NCBI GenBank assembly: GCA_032718475.1
Contig: JAUCBJ010007743.1
Location: 1-39,169 of the forward strand
Length of the DNA stretch: 39,169 nucleotides
Source of the DNA: Nemertoderma westbladi
Lineage: Eukaryota; Animalia; Xenacoelomorpha
Direction: 5' to 3'
Shown one piece after another: positions 11,289 to 22,429 of this stretch (positions are counted from its first letter, which is position 1; the number at the start of each line of letters is the position of its first letter). The notes under the pieces are model-generated. The model was not told where the DNA came from. It saw nothing but the letters and a program-made list of their open reading frames with translations, and ran no database searches. A program made the translations under genes and the position numbers.

Positions 11289-13699
11289 ATGGCGGAGAAA
11301 CTTGTTCGAAAGAGAAAGGCGGAGTTGGGAGGAAAGGAGATACTGGTGGATTTCACCGAGAGGCATCCGGAAGAGAAGACGAGGGGATATTACGAGCGGT
11401 TAGAGAGGGGTCACAAAGCGCGAGCGCTACAGGACCATTTCAGGGAGGTGCACGAACAGCGGCTGGTCGGGACCTATGGGACACCGTCGCTAGACAATGC
11501 GATCTTCGAGCATTTCCACTACGTGGTGAAGGGAGACGAGGCGAAGTTCAGGATACTGAAGTATCCAAAGGAACCACCGAGAAAGGACTGGAACAGGTTC
11601 GTAGAGTCCGTCCCGTTCGAGGAGGGGCTCGGTGGGGTAGGCCAGAACCATACTCCTACATTTGGCCGCGCCAAATGGGGACATTCTCCTATTCAACCTG
11701 GGAACATATGGGAGGAAGAATGGGCCAAAGTTGAACCGGTTGCCAAAGGCGGTGCAAACCCTAGTAAGAGAGAAGTCGACTATAAAGGTGGGATCGGCGA
11801 TCCGCGACGATGCAGAGAGAATCATCGGTCCGGACACCCCCAACCTCCTGGACATGCAGACGGTCTACATGGCTATGACAGCACCAGACGGGTTGGGACT
11901 AGTAGAGAACGCAGGCCATTGTGGAGCGGTGGTGATGGGCCAGCTAATGGGGCTCGTGTGTCACAAACCAATGGACTGGGGTAAATTCAGAGAGGAGTAC
12001 GGAGCGGAGTTAGTGAACTCGCTGAAGTGGGGAGCAAGACCGGGGAAGCAAGAGGTGTATCAATTCCGGAGAGGAGCGATAAAGGTATATCAGAAGCGAT
12101 ATATCCTGCAGGAGGACTGGATAATGATAGGTTTGCTAAACCTATTCATGACCGTGGTTATCGAGAGAGAACCAACGGAGAACCAACAAATATCTAGTAG
12201 ACGGAGAGGTGGATACGCCATATCAGAGGTGGGAGCAGCTAGAGGCGGATAGACAAGAGCCGAAGCGATTGGAAGAAATCGCTAGGCGAGAAAGGAGGGA
12301 GGCAGAAGAAAGGGAGGAGGAAGCAAGAAGGGAGAGCTATGGATTCGAGGAACAGGCGGCCTTAGATGAGCTACACTGGACATCAGGAAGTTCGGGCGAG
12401 TCTCTAGGGCGAGAATTGGGGTGGACGGTGGGATCACCGAAACAGTCGACATCGGGATTGCAGACGACGCCCATACCAGCGGGCGCCAAGGGCGACTTCA
12501 CACAGAGCAGGCCAGGGGAGCTAGAAGGATGGAGAATCACGGGCGAGAGCCAAGGTGGGAAGGGTCATGGTGGATCCACCGGGATACCGGGATTGGAGCC
12601 ACTCGCAGAGGGGGGCGAAAATGATGATGAGTTCGGAGAGATGCCGTCCATCGAGAGAATCGGCCACTCGGACACGGACTTGGTTGGCGGGAGGGTGGTG
12701 ACGGCCAGCGGGGCGAGGGCCTTCTGGGATAGACCCGGCAAGTGGGCCTGGGTGCATGAGGAGCCGGCAATGGATTTCGCAGGGAGCACCATCAGGTTGG
12801 GCGAGCAACTGGGGATGGCACCACGGGTAGTATTCGGAGAGACGATGCCCGGGCAGGGCGAGGAGATAGACGTGGACAGGGACGCTAACGTCCAGAAGTT
12901 CGCTTACCAGCGACTCCACAGACTGAGGAGATTGCTTGGGACGAAAGACGACGTGGGGTGGGAGGCATTGGTACTCGGCTGCGATTACTGCGGGAGGCAG
13001 ACTCACCAGGAAAGGAGCTGCTTGTACCGATTCCAGAAAGGGACTAGTTGTCTCTACTGCCGCGAGTCGAGCCACAGGATGGGGGCATGTCCACGGTTGC
13101 ACAACCGGTGTTCTAAGTGCAACTTCTGGGGGCACTACGGACGCCAGTGCGACTGGATGGATGATGAGGAGAAGTTTAGGATCTTCGAGGAGTGGGCCGA
13201 TGTTGGCGCCATGACCCGACAGCGGATGAAGGCCCAGGAATTCCAGTGGGGCTTCTTTAATATCAACCAGGAGGCCCATCTGGAGATTATTAAACGGAGA
13301 CTTCCGTTTACCTATCAGGAGGTGTCAACGGCGGCGTCGTATGCCAGAGTGATAAATAAGCAGAGGTATTTGGACAGGTGGACGCCACAGAACCGAGGAG
13401 AGTTCAGAGATTTCTTGGCGGAGCATGTGCCGCGGGCAATGAAAGTGATCCTATGGGACGCCACTAGGGGGAAACAACAGGGCCATTCGGAGGGGCCACC
13501 CGCGAAGCGATACCGGGAGCTGATAACACCAGCACCCAAGGAGTCGACGACGGGAATCAGTAGAGAGGTGACGGCGAGGGTCAGGAGCCTGAAAGGGGAT
13601 AAGACCAAGGGAGCGGCAGTGGCCAGGAAACGACCGAGGGAGGAGGACGACAGAGGGAAGGAGTTGAGATGGTTCCCAAAGTCGGGTGGAACGAACTAG
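11289..13699 (+). pseudogene. Accessory ORF of the BEL/Pao element (~800 codons when two frameshifts are repaired): DEDDy-like 3'-5' exonuclease, coiled coil/linker, three CCHC zinc knuckles, basic tail
   Basis: Overlapping ORFs 11178-11984, 11662-12252, 12209-13699 in successive frames. ILLHLAAPNGDILLFNL...LPKAVQTLVREKSTIKVGSAIRDDAERI...LLDMQ...WGARP...YQKRYILQED resembles RNase D/WRN exonucleases. CDYCGRQTHQERSC, CLYCRESSHRMGAC and CSKCNFWGHYGRQC are all CX2CX4HX4C. Confidence 0.7.
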
Positions 13700-14390
13700 A
13701 ACTTGGGTGTGGAGATGCCTGGAAGTCGCCACATGTGAAGTAATACGAACTCCTAAGTGCAAATTTAATTAAAAGTGCAAATTAGTATGTACGTATGTAA
13801 TAATCATTAGTTTAGTCAAATAGCAAATATAATCAAAGTAAGTACTATAGTCATATAACCTTTTCCAATTAGCTACTGGGACTGGGGACCAATTGACTAT
13901 GACAGGACGAGACATTAGACGACTTCACACTTCTTGAGTGCGATGGCACAGGAGGGGAGGGTGAGGCTCGTCAGGAGAGAGTGGGTTGAGATAGGGGTTG
14001 AGTACAGAACGTGAGGGGAGAGTGCGGGTGCAATTCAAGTGTGGGGGGGGGGGAAGTAAGAGGTAGAGCGAGGGACAGGGAGGTCCGAGAGTTAGAGTGG
14101 AAGAGAACTTAGAGTCAGTTAGAGCGGAGTTAGAGTGGAGAGAGTGTTGGGGAAACAAAAATTGTGTGAGAGAAACCCACAATTCGCCCGACACGGGACG
14201 CCAGATGTCTTGGTGCAAGATAGATGAAGTTGCACCAAGACAGGGTAGCGATATCATGCCCATAGGGAGCGGCCTGGAAAGCCGGCTCCGAGAAAAAATA
14301 ACTCCACCCCACACCCGATAGTAGATCGGGTTCCAGCGGAATTGATGCGCACTTGAGGTAGATGCTATCTTCTCACCGGGAAGATAGCAT

Positions 14391-14399
14391 GGGGGGGAG
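14391..14399 (+). promoter_or_regulatory. Polypurine tract of the BEL/Pao element
   Basis: GGGGGGGAG directly before TGT at 14400. Confidence 0.7.
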
Positions 14400-14958
14400 T
14401 GTTAGCGGATTCAATTCCGCTAACCACCCCATAAAGTTGGGAAACGGTGCCTTTAAGCAATATTGGGGAGTACGAGATTGATTGCCAATCAACCTCGTAT
14501 CACCCCCAATAAATGGGGACGACAAAACCCCAAAGGGCCGTACACAATGGAGGTCAGAGGTTAAGCCTCCGGGAGAGGGAAAGTGACAGTAGAAAGGGGG
14601 GAAACACTCCCACAAAGGTGGGAGCCGAGAATTAGGTTATCAACCAATGGGGGGACAGGAAAGGCATCAGCTGAGTAATAAGGCCAACGTAGTGTAATAT
14701 ATTACCAGTTGGTGTTTCATATCACAGTTAGTTTACTCAGTCAGTTAGGGCAGAATGGTAACACTTTATTACCGTCGCCGCCACCGTCACCAATTACATC
14801 ATATATTCTGTATTACATATATCTATCAATTGTGCTATCTGTCTTACTCAACTATATTTTATATACTCATTAATAATATCGGAACGATAACAAACTCTTT
14901 CACTCACGGCGGGGACGCGTAAATAAACCAAAACCGGTCGGGATGTGATCCCGTCACA
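14400..14958 (+). repeat. Putative 3' LTR (559 bp) of the BEL/Pao element
   Basis: Begins TGTTAGCGGAT, ends ATCCCGTCACA (8/11 inverted match); AATAAA near 14922; the next base starts a different element. The partner LTR is not in the window. Confidence 0.7.
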
Positions 14959-16870
14959 TATAACCACCTATAACGAGCTATAATCTGAAAATTTACAATA
15001 AAAAAACCTATTTTAGAATGGATTTATTATCCTAGTCAGTAATTTAATTACGCAATTTGGTTTTTTAGTCCATAATGCTTTTCATCTTTGTGGTATCACG
15101 AAATCAGTCATTACTGCATTAGTTAGCATGCCACTACTGCATTATCTGACTTTCAGACAGTGCAGCAGAGGAGAGGTCTCTCATATCTTTGTCTATCCTC
15201 CATACTGCTATATCCGCTGTCAGCTTCTGGTCGATATAGAATACAGGAATGTGAGCAATATAGGCCAATAAAAAAAACTTACCAGTAGCAATTAGGCATA
15301 GGCAGATAGGTAGTGTTGAGAACTGTAACTGTAATTATACTGTAACTGCAACTGTAACTGAATGGTTTTGATGATTTTTTTGATACTGTAACTATAACTG
15401 TAACTGTAATTGCGAACTTTGAATACTGTAACTTTAACTGAAACTGTAATTACGTATTTTGAATACTGTAACTGTAACTGAAACTGAAATTAACAAAATC
15501 CGATTCAGTTCTCAATCACACAATTAACATGAATAAGCATTTAAAACAGCATTGTAATAACGTATATAGTATAGTTTAATAAATGAATAACAGTGGTTAC
15601 CATAGGTATCATTTTTAAAACATTGTTATAAAAAAAAAAAACAATCTCGTTTTTTCCACTTCTGAACAAAACCATAATATTACACAATATAAAATCAAAG
15701 ACCCATTGCCCACTTAGCTCAAATGTGATTTATTTGGAGAGTCAAGTAGTGAACGAAGATCTAGCATATAGTCTATGTTCATCGGACTCAACTATTAGAC
15801 TATTATCAGACCTTATCACCACTTTTGCTTCATATTAAATGTAAATGTTTTAGATAAACAAAGAAAAGTTAGGCCTAATGGTAGAGGGATATTAACGGAT
15901 ATATATTTTACATTATTAATTATTAATGTTTTTACCGTTACTATTAATATCACAATCACACTAGAGGCACACTGGAAATTAAATTTTGATCAAGTTTACC
16001 ATTATAAATTACAAAATTAAACTTAAAAGTGAAAGGAGCAGCTTATCGAGGTGGGTCTAACCAAAACAATAAATATATGATTACTAAAACAAATTACGAA
16101 TTAAGGAAAATGAGCAGGATTCAGAAGCATGGCTTTATAACCAAAACAATAAATGATAACAATAAGTGTACAAGCACTGAAACAAGATGTACAGTAAAAT
16201 GTGGGTGCCTTTAGTGTGATCTTGTGACGTGCCACTTTCATTACATACTATCAGTATATTAGTTACAAAATATTACCATAGCGTGGGTCCAACTTTCCTA
16301 CAACAACTACCTATTAGCTCTACAAAGAGGACGTTTCGTAATGAACATTATTATTAGCGTATATAACAGTAATATATTAAAGTGCCTCATTTTTAGTTTC
16401 AGATGACTGCTTACTACGTGAGATCATATATATTGAATCTATAACTGAAACTGTTAACTGAAACTGAAATGCTCAATTTTGTAATACTGAAACTGTAACT
16501 GTAACTGAAATGTTACACTTTGTAATACTGAAACTGTAACTGTAACTGAAATACAAAACTTTGAATACTGAAACTGTAACTGTAACTGAAATGCAAAACT
16601 TTGAATACTGAAACTGTAACTGTAACTGAAATTAGTCAAAATTGATTCAGTTCTCAACACTACAGATAGGCCTACCCTAATTTTTAACCTGCGGGATTTT
16701 TCAGACCACCGTGTTAATCCAAAAGTTAAACACACCCAAAGGGCGTTTTTTTAATGTAAATTTTCATATTATAGCTCGTTATAGGTGATTATAGCCTGTT
16801 TATAGGAAATTATAGCCCGTTAAGATCGTTATAGCCCGTTATAGATCGTTCTACCTTTTAGTACGTACCC
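14959..16870. mobile_element. Non-autonomous TIR element whose left TIR is interrupted by the BEL/Pao insertion
   Basis: 14959-15008 is the near-perfect reverse complement of ~16744-16793; the right arm continues through TTATAGCCCG repeats to ...GTACGTACCC at 16870. Confidence 0.65.
15311..16662. mobile_element. Non-autonomous hAT-like DNA transposon (1352 bp)
   Basis: TIR TAGTGTTGAGAACTG / CAGTTCTCAACACTA; exact 8-bp TSD CAGATAGG at 15303-15310 and 16663-16670; subterminal (AACTGT/AACTGA)n arrays. Confidence 0.9.
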
Positions 16871-17314
16871 ACATTAGGCCCTACTGCATTATGAGTATGA
16901 CGTACTGTAATCATTGCTTTTTACGATTGTACAGTACGCACAGTACGGTATTTGTGAAATGTTTCAGTATTGTTATTGTACCGCGTTCGTTACCGCTCTG
17001 CCAGTCTGCCTTTACTACGATGTTTGGGCTTGCACCACATACTGACATATTATTACAGTATTATTGCATAATATTACGCAATAAATATTATGAGAAGGCC
17101 GTTACCTGCTGTATACTATCAGACTATAAGCCTATGGACTTGACTAGGGGCAGAGGGGGTGGGTGTATATAATACGGTACCGGTAAGTACTGTAAATTAC
17201 ACATTTTATGACGTTATCCTAGGTAAATCTTTTCGACCTACGCGTAGCTACGCGTAGTTGGTAACTTTCATTCCTGTCATTTACCGGTAGGGCCAGACTT
17301 ACTGCCTTTTTAAC

Positions 17315-17550
17315 AACTACGCGTAGGTATTTTGGAACTGCGGGTAGGTATTTTGAAACTACGCGTAGGTGCTGCAGTCCCGCTCTCAAAAAGCATTCCT
17401 TTTATCAAACTTTGATCAAACATTGATAGAATAGCATTGTAAGTAGCATTGACATTGAAATGACATTGATGGCATATTGAAATGACCTTGAAATAGACGG
17501 ACCGAAATTCCAGACTTTCTGTCTCATATTGAAATGACATTGAAATGATT
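17315..17550. repeat. Short tandem repeats: 21-bp AACTACGCGTAGGTATTTTG unit (x~2.7) and recurring ATTGAAATGAC
   Basis: Units at 17315, 17336, 17357; ATTGAAATGA repeated several times in 17450-17550; probably internal to a decayed DNA transposon. Confidence 0.6.
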
Positions 17551-18377
17551 TCAAGGTAACAGTATACATCTCTCTTCTGCGGCAAGCCTTTGTACTCAGA
17601 TTCCCGCCGAGAACTGGCTTTTGTTAATGGCCAAGCCGCGATGTGATTGACAGGGCGGCGGATGGAAATGCTTGATTTTGTGGATGGACAGCGATTAGAT
17701 TTACAAGGCAGTGTTGTGGTAGTGTCAGACTGAGTCTTGTAGGGCCTATTATTACACTACAACTAGTTCAGAAAAACAGTTTGAATAACCTTTGGAATAT
17801 TTTTAAATTATTGTTTATTAGAAATTTATTTTAATGTTCCTTAAATCAGAATCAAGGCGGAACACCTCCATTGACGTATCAGCGCGATGGCTGCCGTTGC
17901 ATTGCATTTTCTTATACATTAATTGTTTAGATTCAACAAGCTTGCCCCTAATTTTCCTAATAAATGGAAATAAAGAAATAAATAAATCCATAAAATATAT
18001 TTTTATTTATAATTTAATTATACATAACTGCTTTGTGATCATGAAAAATTCACGTAATTTAGAAATAGTAAGCTACTGTAGAAATGCAGGCCTACTTAAT
18101 GAGCGGACACCTTTAAATAACTTCTAAAAAATTTACGTAATTTAATTTGAATACTCTGATAAGGTATTTTTATTGAAAACTTAATATATTTTCAAGTTAA
18201 CTATGTACATCATTAGTTACAAACACATCATTAGATTTTAAATCAGTTTATCATATTGTAATCATAAATCAGTTGGGAGTGGAGAGAAAACGTAAACGTC
18301 AAGTTTTAACCCCCTCGGCATTGGAGATAATAGGAGATTCCCTCTAAGAGTCGAAAAGTAGATGCCCATCGCCGTCT

Positions 18378-18986
18378 GTGTTAGCGAGTGAATTGAACGC
18401 GACTGCTACCATTCAAATAGAAAACACACCAGATATTTCAAATAATATTACTGCGAAAAATGTTACCAATTATAAGTATAGGGGAGTGGGGGAAGAGTTC
18501 ATTCGCGATTGTGTTTACGGTAGTCGTGGATTTCGTTATCAGTTATACACTGACTATCAGTTGGAAGAGACAATAACTTTCACATCTACAGCTACATCCT
18601 TCCCACTAGGAGGAGACACGGTTTTTAGCATTACTAATTGCGCTTGGGGATTTTTTATCTCATATCGTCTGTCCATTTTTGAAGGAGACCAAATGATGTT
18701 GGGACCTGGAGGTCTCATTCCAGCACGTGAGTGGTCAGAATATCGTGGAATTTTACAACCTCTTGGAGATACATCGTTAAAAACGACTTAGTTAATTATA
18801 TTACAGATGGTGAGCCTGGAATTTCGAAAGCTTGTAACAACTTATTCCCAAAGTTGTTTACGTTGATTTTATTTACGTCATTTACGTGGATTGGAACACT
18901 TGTTAAGTGATGTAGCTGCGATGGGGCAGAAATATGGATTTTCCAAACACGCTATTCAATATTTGAAATCTGGCATTGGCGGATGA
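18378..18986 (+). pseudogene. Mutator-like (MULE) transposase relic, frameshifted
   Basis: GDTVFSI...FEGDQMMLGP...R...Y, then in shifted frames NYITDGEPGISKACNNLFP and LRHLR..HLLSDV; matches the MULE D...TD(G/x)E..A...FP...CxxH pattern. Confidence 0.55.
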
Positions 18987-19040
18987 TGTAGGAGCCGAAT
19001 GGAGCGTTACTATGGATACGGATAGGCAGATAGGTACCTA

Positions 19041-19904
19041 CCCAGTGAAAAATGCGCATGCGTATCGCAAGTGATTTGAATGCGTCATGCGTTTTTATTG
19101 CGGCTCAATAAATAGCGATAAAATCTCTTGTGATTCGCATGTAAAATAGGGAAGCGATTCCACGCATGCGATTCACAACTTATTTTACGCATGTGATTCC
19201 ATGCATGAAAATCGCATGGGAATCACACCTCATTTAACGCTTATTTTACGCATGTTTTACACCATGAGAATCTCATGCGTTAATTCCCATGTGAATCACA
19301 TGTTTTAAATACACTCAAGATTATTAATTAAAAAAAAAATTGCTTATCAAGAAATAAATAGATTTAAAATATAAAATTGATGAATATGAATTATCTAATA
19401 TGGCTGTCGAATTCAGTGATTATATTAATATATTTTATTTGTCTTCTATTTGTATTATCCTGTATATAACCAACCATTTCTAGTATTGATTCAAACAACA
19501 TGTCTAATGTTCTAAGTCTAGAGAGTGTAATGTAATGTAATGTAAGGTAAGTACAGTAGGCAGATGATATGGAAGCGCATAGTATCAAACAGTATTGGAA
19601 TAATCAACTACTGTATCATATTTTCTATCACAATGTCTCAATATATTACACAAAAATCACAACCAGTAGATTTTTGTGATATTTATGGCTCATGACGCTT
19701 GAAAGTCGTAAGTGAATCGCATGTGAGTTTTATGCGACTGAACGCAAGTTGTTGCGATGTTTATGCGACTTAACGCAAGTTGTTGCGATATCTCTGCAAC
19801 TTAACGCAAGTAGGTCGCTTGCGTAAAGGTCGGGCCATAACTCTTGGGAACTCAGATACGCCTACGTTGCTCGCTTGCGATACGCTTGCGCACTTTTCAC
19901 TGGG
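19041..19904. mobile_element. Non-autonomous TIR element (MITE) with CCCAG termini flanked by TA
   Basis: TA|CCCAGTGAAAAATGCGCATGCGTATCGCAAG ... CTTGCGATACGCTTGCGCACTTTTCACTGGG|TA; internal CGCATG and AACGCAAGTTGTTGCG repeats. Confidence 0.85.
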
Positions 19905-19939
19905 TAAATGACGAGCTGGATTCTAGAATGATTGACTAT

Positions 19940-20484
19940 GAGACGATTTGAGGACCCTGAGCGATTTTGGGGGGTTGAAGTGTTAGTGACTGAGGAGAGA
20001 CCTCGTTCGGAGTGGTCGGCCGATGTGTCTGTATGGTTTCAACCACAATCAGACAATTAGGAACAAGAATGGCGCAAGTGTGTCGTGTCTCCCTGGAGGA
20101 CTCCCCATACTGCCATACTTCCCCATACTGCCATACTCCCCATACTTCCCCATACTCCACGTCGAATGGTTCTGTGTCACATCAACAGTAGACACAAATG
20201 TTGTCGAACCATCGTATACTGATCTGATTGCTGCAATAATTACATCAGGAATCCCATATAATGAAAGTATGCTGAACATACGTGAGCGAGAGACTGAATC
20301 AAAGGCCTTGAAGAAGTCAACAAAGATAACACCCAGATGCCTGTCTTTCTTTTTTGATACCGGTAACTCTTCAATTATCCTTCTAAGAGCCAAAATGGGC
20401 TCCATGGTCCCACGGCCACGACCTTTACGGACAGACGGAACCCATTCTGATTTCCACGGAGCAGTCTCTGAGTTGGATCGCTGA
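19940..20484 (-). pseudogene. LINE (RTE-like) reverse transcriptase N-terminal fragment, degraded
   Basis: LLRGNQNGFR, ILALRRIIEE, IFVDFFKAFDSVSR, YGIP, DTLAPFLFLIV; the GVxQG motif is overwritten by a ~9-bp ACTCCCCAT tandem expansion (20100-20157). Confidence 0.85.
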
Positions 20485-20770
20485 TGCGATATAATACTGT
20501 AATATAGAATAGTACTGTCAGACTGTAGTACCCGTCTCGCCTGCCTGATAAGTGTACTACCACCGGCACGGGTACTATCGGTACGGTACAATACAGCAAT
20601 AGGAATAGATAGGCCTATTATAGTATTATTTCTTACCAGTCCGTGCAGCCGTGGTATTGCAGTATTACCGACTACCGGTATTATTTTCATATCTGGCAGT
20701 CTGGGAATATAAATAAACCTCATTATACTGTTATAAGCCGCTGACCCCACCAATAGAATAAAAGAAGAAA

Positions 20771-21600
20771 ATGCCAAAGAAAAAGGGAAGTACTAGGAAG
20801 GAAACAATAAAAAAGGCTGAACATCCAACAACAAGTGGATGTACCGGTACGAGAGATGAGTTAGTAGTGGATGAGGGGTCTGGGGATGATGAAGGTTCGA
20901 TACACAGTGAGGGAAATAGAAGTGTTATAGTATTAGACGAGGAAGTTGTTGAAGATACCGTACAGTCCCCTGATGGGGAATTACAGAGCAGAACTGTAGA
21001 TAGACTGCTAGACTTTATAGAAGGCACCACCCAGAAGAGTTCCTCGGGGAGACAGACGTGTTTAAGAGGGATTGTAGATATATTCCTTACTTGTAGCGAC
21101 GTGAATGACGTCATAGAGGATAGAAGACTTACTCTTATAGACTGCGTGGAGCGGAGTCTCAAGAAAGGTTCATCTGAAGAACGATTCTTGGCTGTTCATC
21201 TAGGGGAGGTTTTGTGTTTTTCTTGGGGCCCTGATTCGGAGGAGCTCGGGTTGATGATGAAACCCATACTGATCCCGATAGTTTCAGACGTCTCCGAGAG
21301 ACAAGAGCTGCGCGGACGTGCGGCGAGGTGTCTGGCGTTGCTAAACTTCGTTTTATCCAGCGATATTATCAACATAACAGAAACGATGGCGGAATTAAAG
21401 AACATCTACCGTTTATCTTTCCTTAAAGGTGACGGTTCGGTCCCTTCTTTGCCACCCTCCGTGTCCGCGTTACACAACGTGTCGCTAATGTCCTGGTCAC
21501 TGTTGGCCACATTAACTCCTTTATCCCGCGTAGAGGAACTTATAGAAGACAACCTTGCTAAACTCCCTCAACTGCTGCTATCCGATGATGTTAACCTAAG
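20771..21600 (+). CDS. IFRD1: Interferon-related developmental regulator (IFRD1/2 family), exon 1
   Basis: MPKKK start; DRRLTLIDCVERSLKKG, WSLLATL, LLLSDDVNL; exon ends ...CTAAG|GTTAGT donor at 21601 (phase 2). Confidence 0.92.
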
Positions 21601-22429
21601 GTTAGTGGCAGAGGTAGACCTCTAGACCAGTCAGGTGGGTCTAATATCACGAATATATTTTTAATTAATATATTTTAAAAATCAAATTCGAATATAACAT
21701 GTAAACTGTGGTTGGTGTCTGGGGCTCTTAAATTTACCTGAACCAAAATATTCAACCAAATAACCACGACCACGGCTGCACGGGTTTCATGGAAGACATA
21801 CAAACGATAGATAGCTAAAGGCTCTATTATTATTGTTTTTGATTTGAGGCAGAAGTATCAAACACAATGGGAGGAACCCTTTTAAACTGAATTGGTAGCG
21901 ACTAACAATGTGTTTACAGCATGTTTACACGGTATCTGCTATATGGTAGTTTGGTAGTAATAAACAATAATTCTTGGAAGTAAATAAGGTCAACAAAAAA
22001 AGGTAAACAAGTCCCCGGTAATGCGCATTGGTGGTTTCTGCCTCAATTACTAAAAATCCAATCTTCAATTACGGTACATGTGTATTGCGTTGTATTTATT
22101 ATTATCGTCAATTCCGGTAGTATAGTAATTAGCATCAATATATCATCACCCATGTGAAGAATACCAGTGGTTTCACTCGCGGCCAAATTCAGTTAGAATT
22201 TTGCGATGAAGAATTTGTATTTTCTTTAAATTTCCCCTGGTTTACTGTTTTATAGCGGTCGCTATTCAATCTTATAATCTGCACCGATACAGCTGCTAAT
22301 TCGTTTATTGTTTTATTTAGATTTTGTAACTTGAATTTTTCGTGAAAACCTGGTATTCCGCGCATCTTATTCTTATATATAACAAACAGAATACGAATAT
22401 ACTTCACATGGGCCAAACATATTGTAATG

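Noticed and set aside
11178-13699. env gene in the usual third-ORF position
   Set aside because: No signal peptide, no convincing transmembrane anchor near the C-terminus and no Cys-rich ectodomain; motifs are nuclease-like and CCHC.
14400-14892. Alternative LTR end at CGATAACA (7/8 inverted match to TGTTAGCG)
   Set aside because: AATAAA lies downstream of it and the flanking element begins exactly at 14959, favouring 14958; only the 5' LTR can settle this.
9597-20484. The two LINE RT fragments as halves of one split element
   Set aside because: They cover roughly complementary RT regions on the same strand, but the first has its own tail and TSD inside the BEL array and an open frame, while the second is heavily decayed; independent insertions.
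21601-21625. IFRD ORF ending LVAEVDL-stop
   Set aside because: This is intron read-through; splicing at 21600/24516 restores the conserved NLRISAGE motif.
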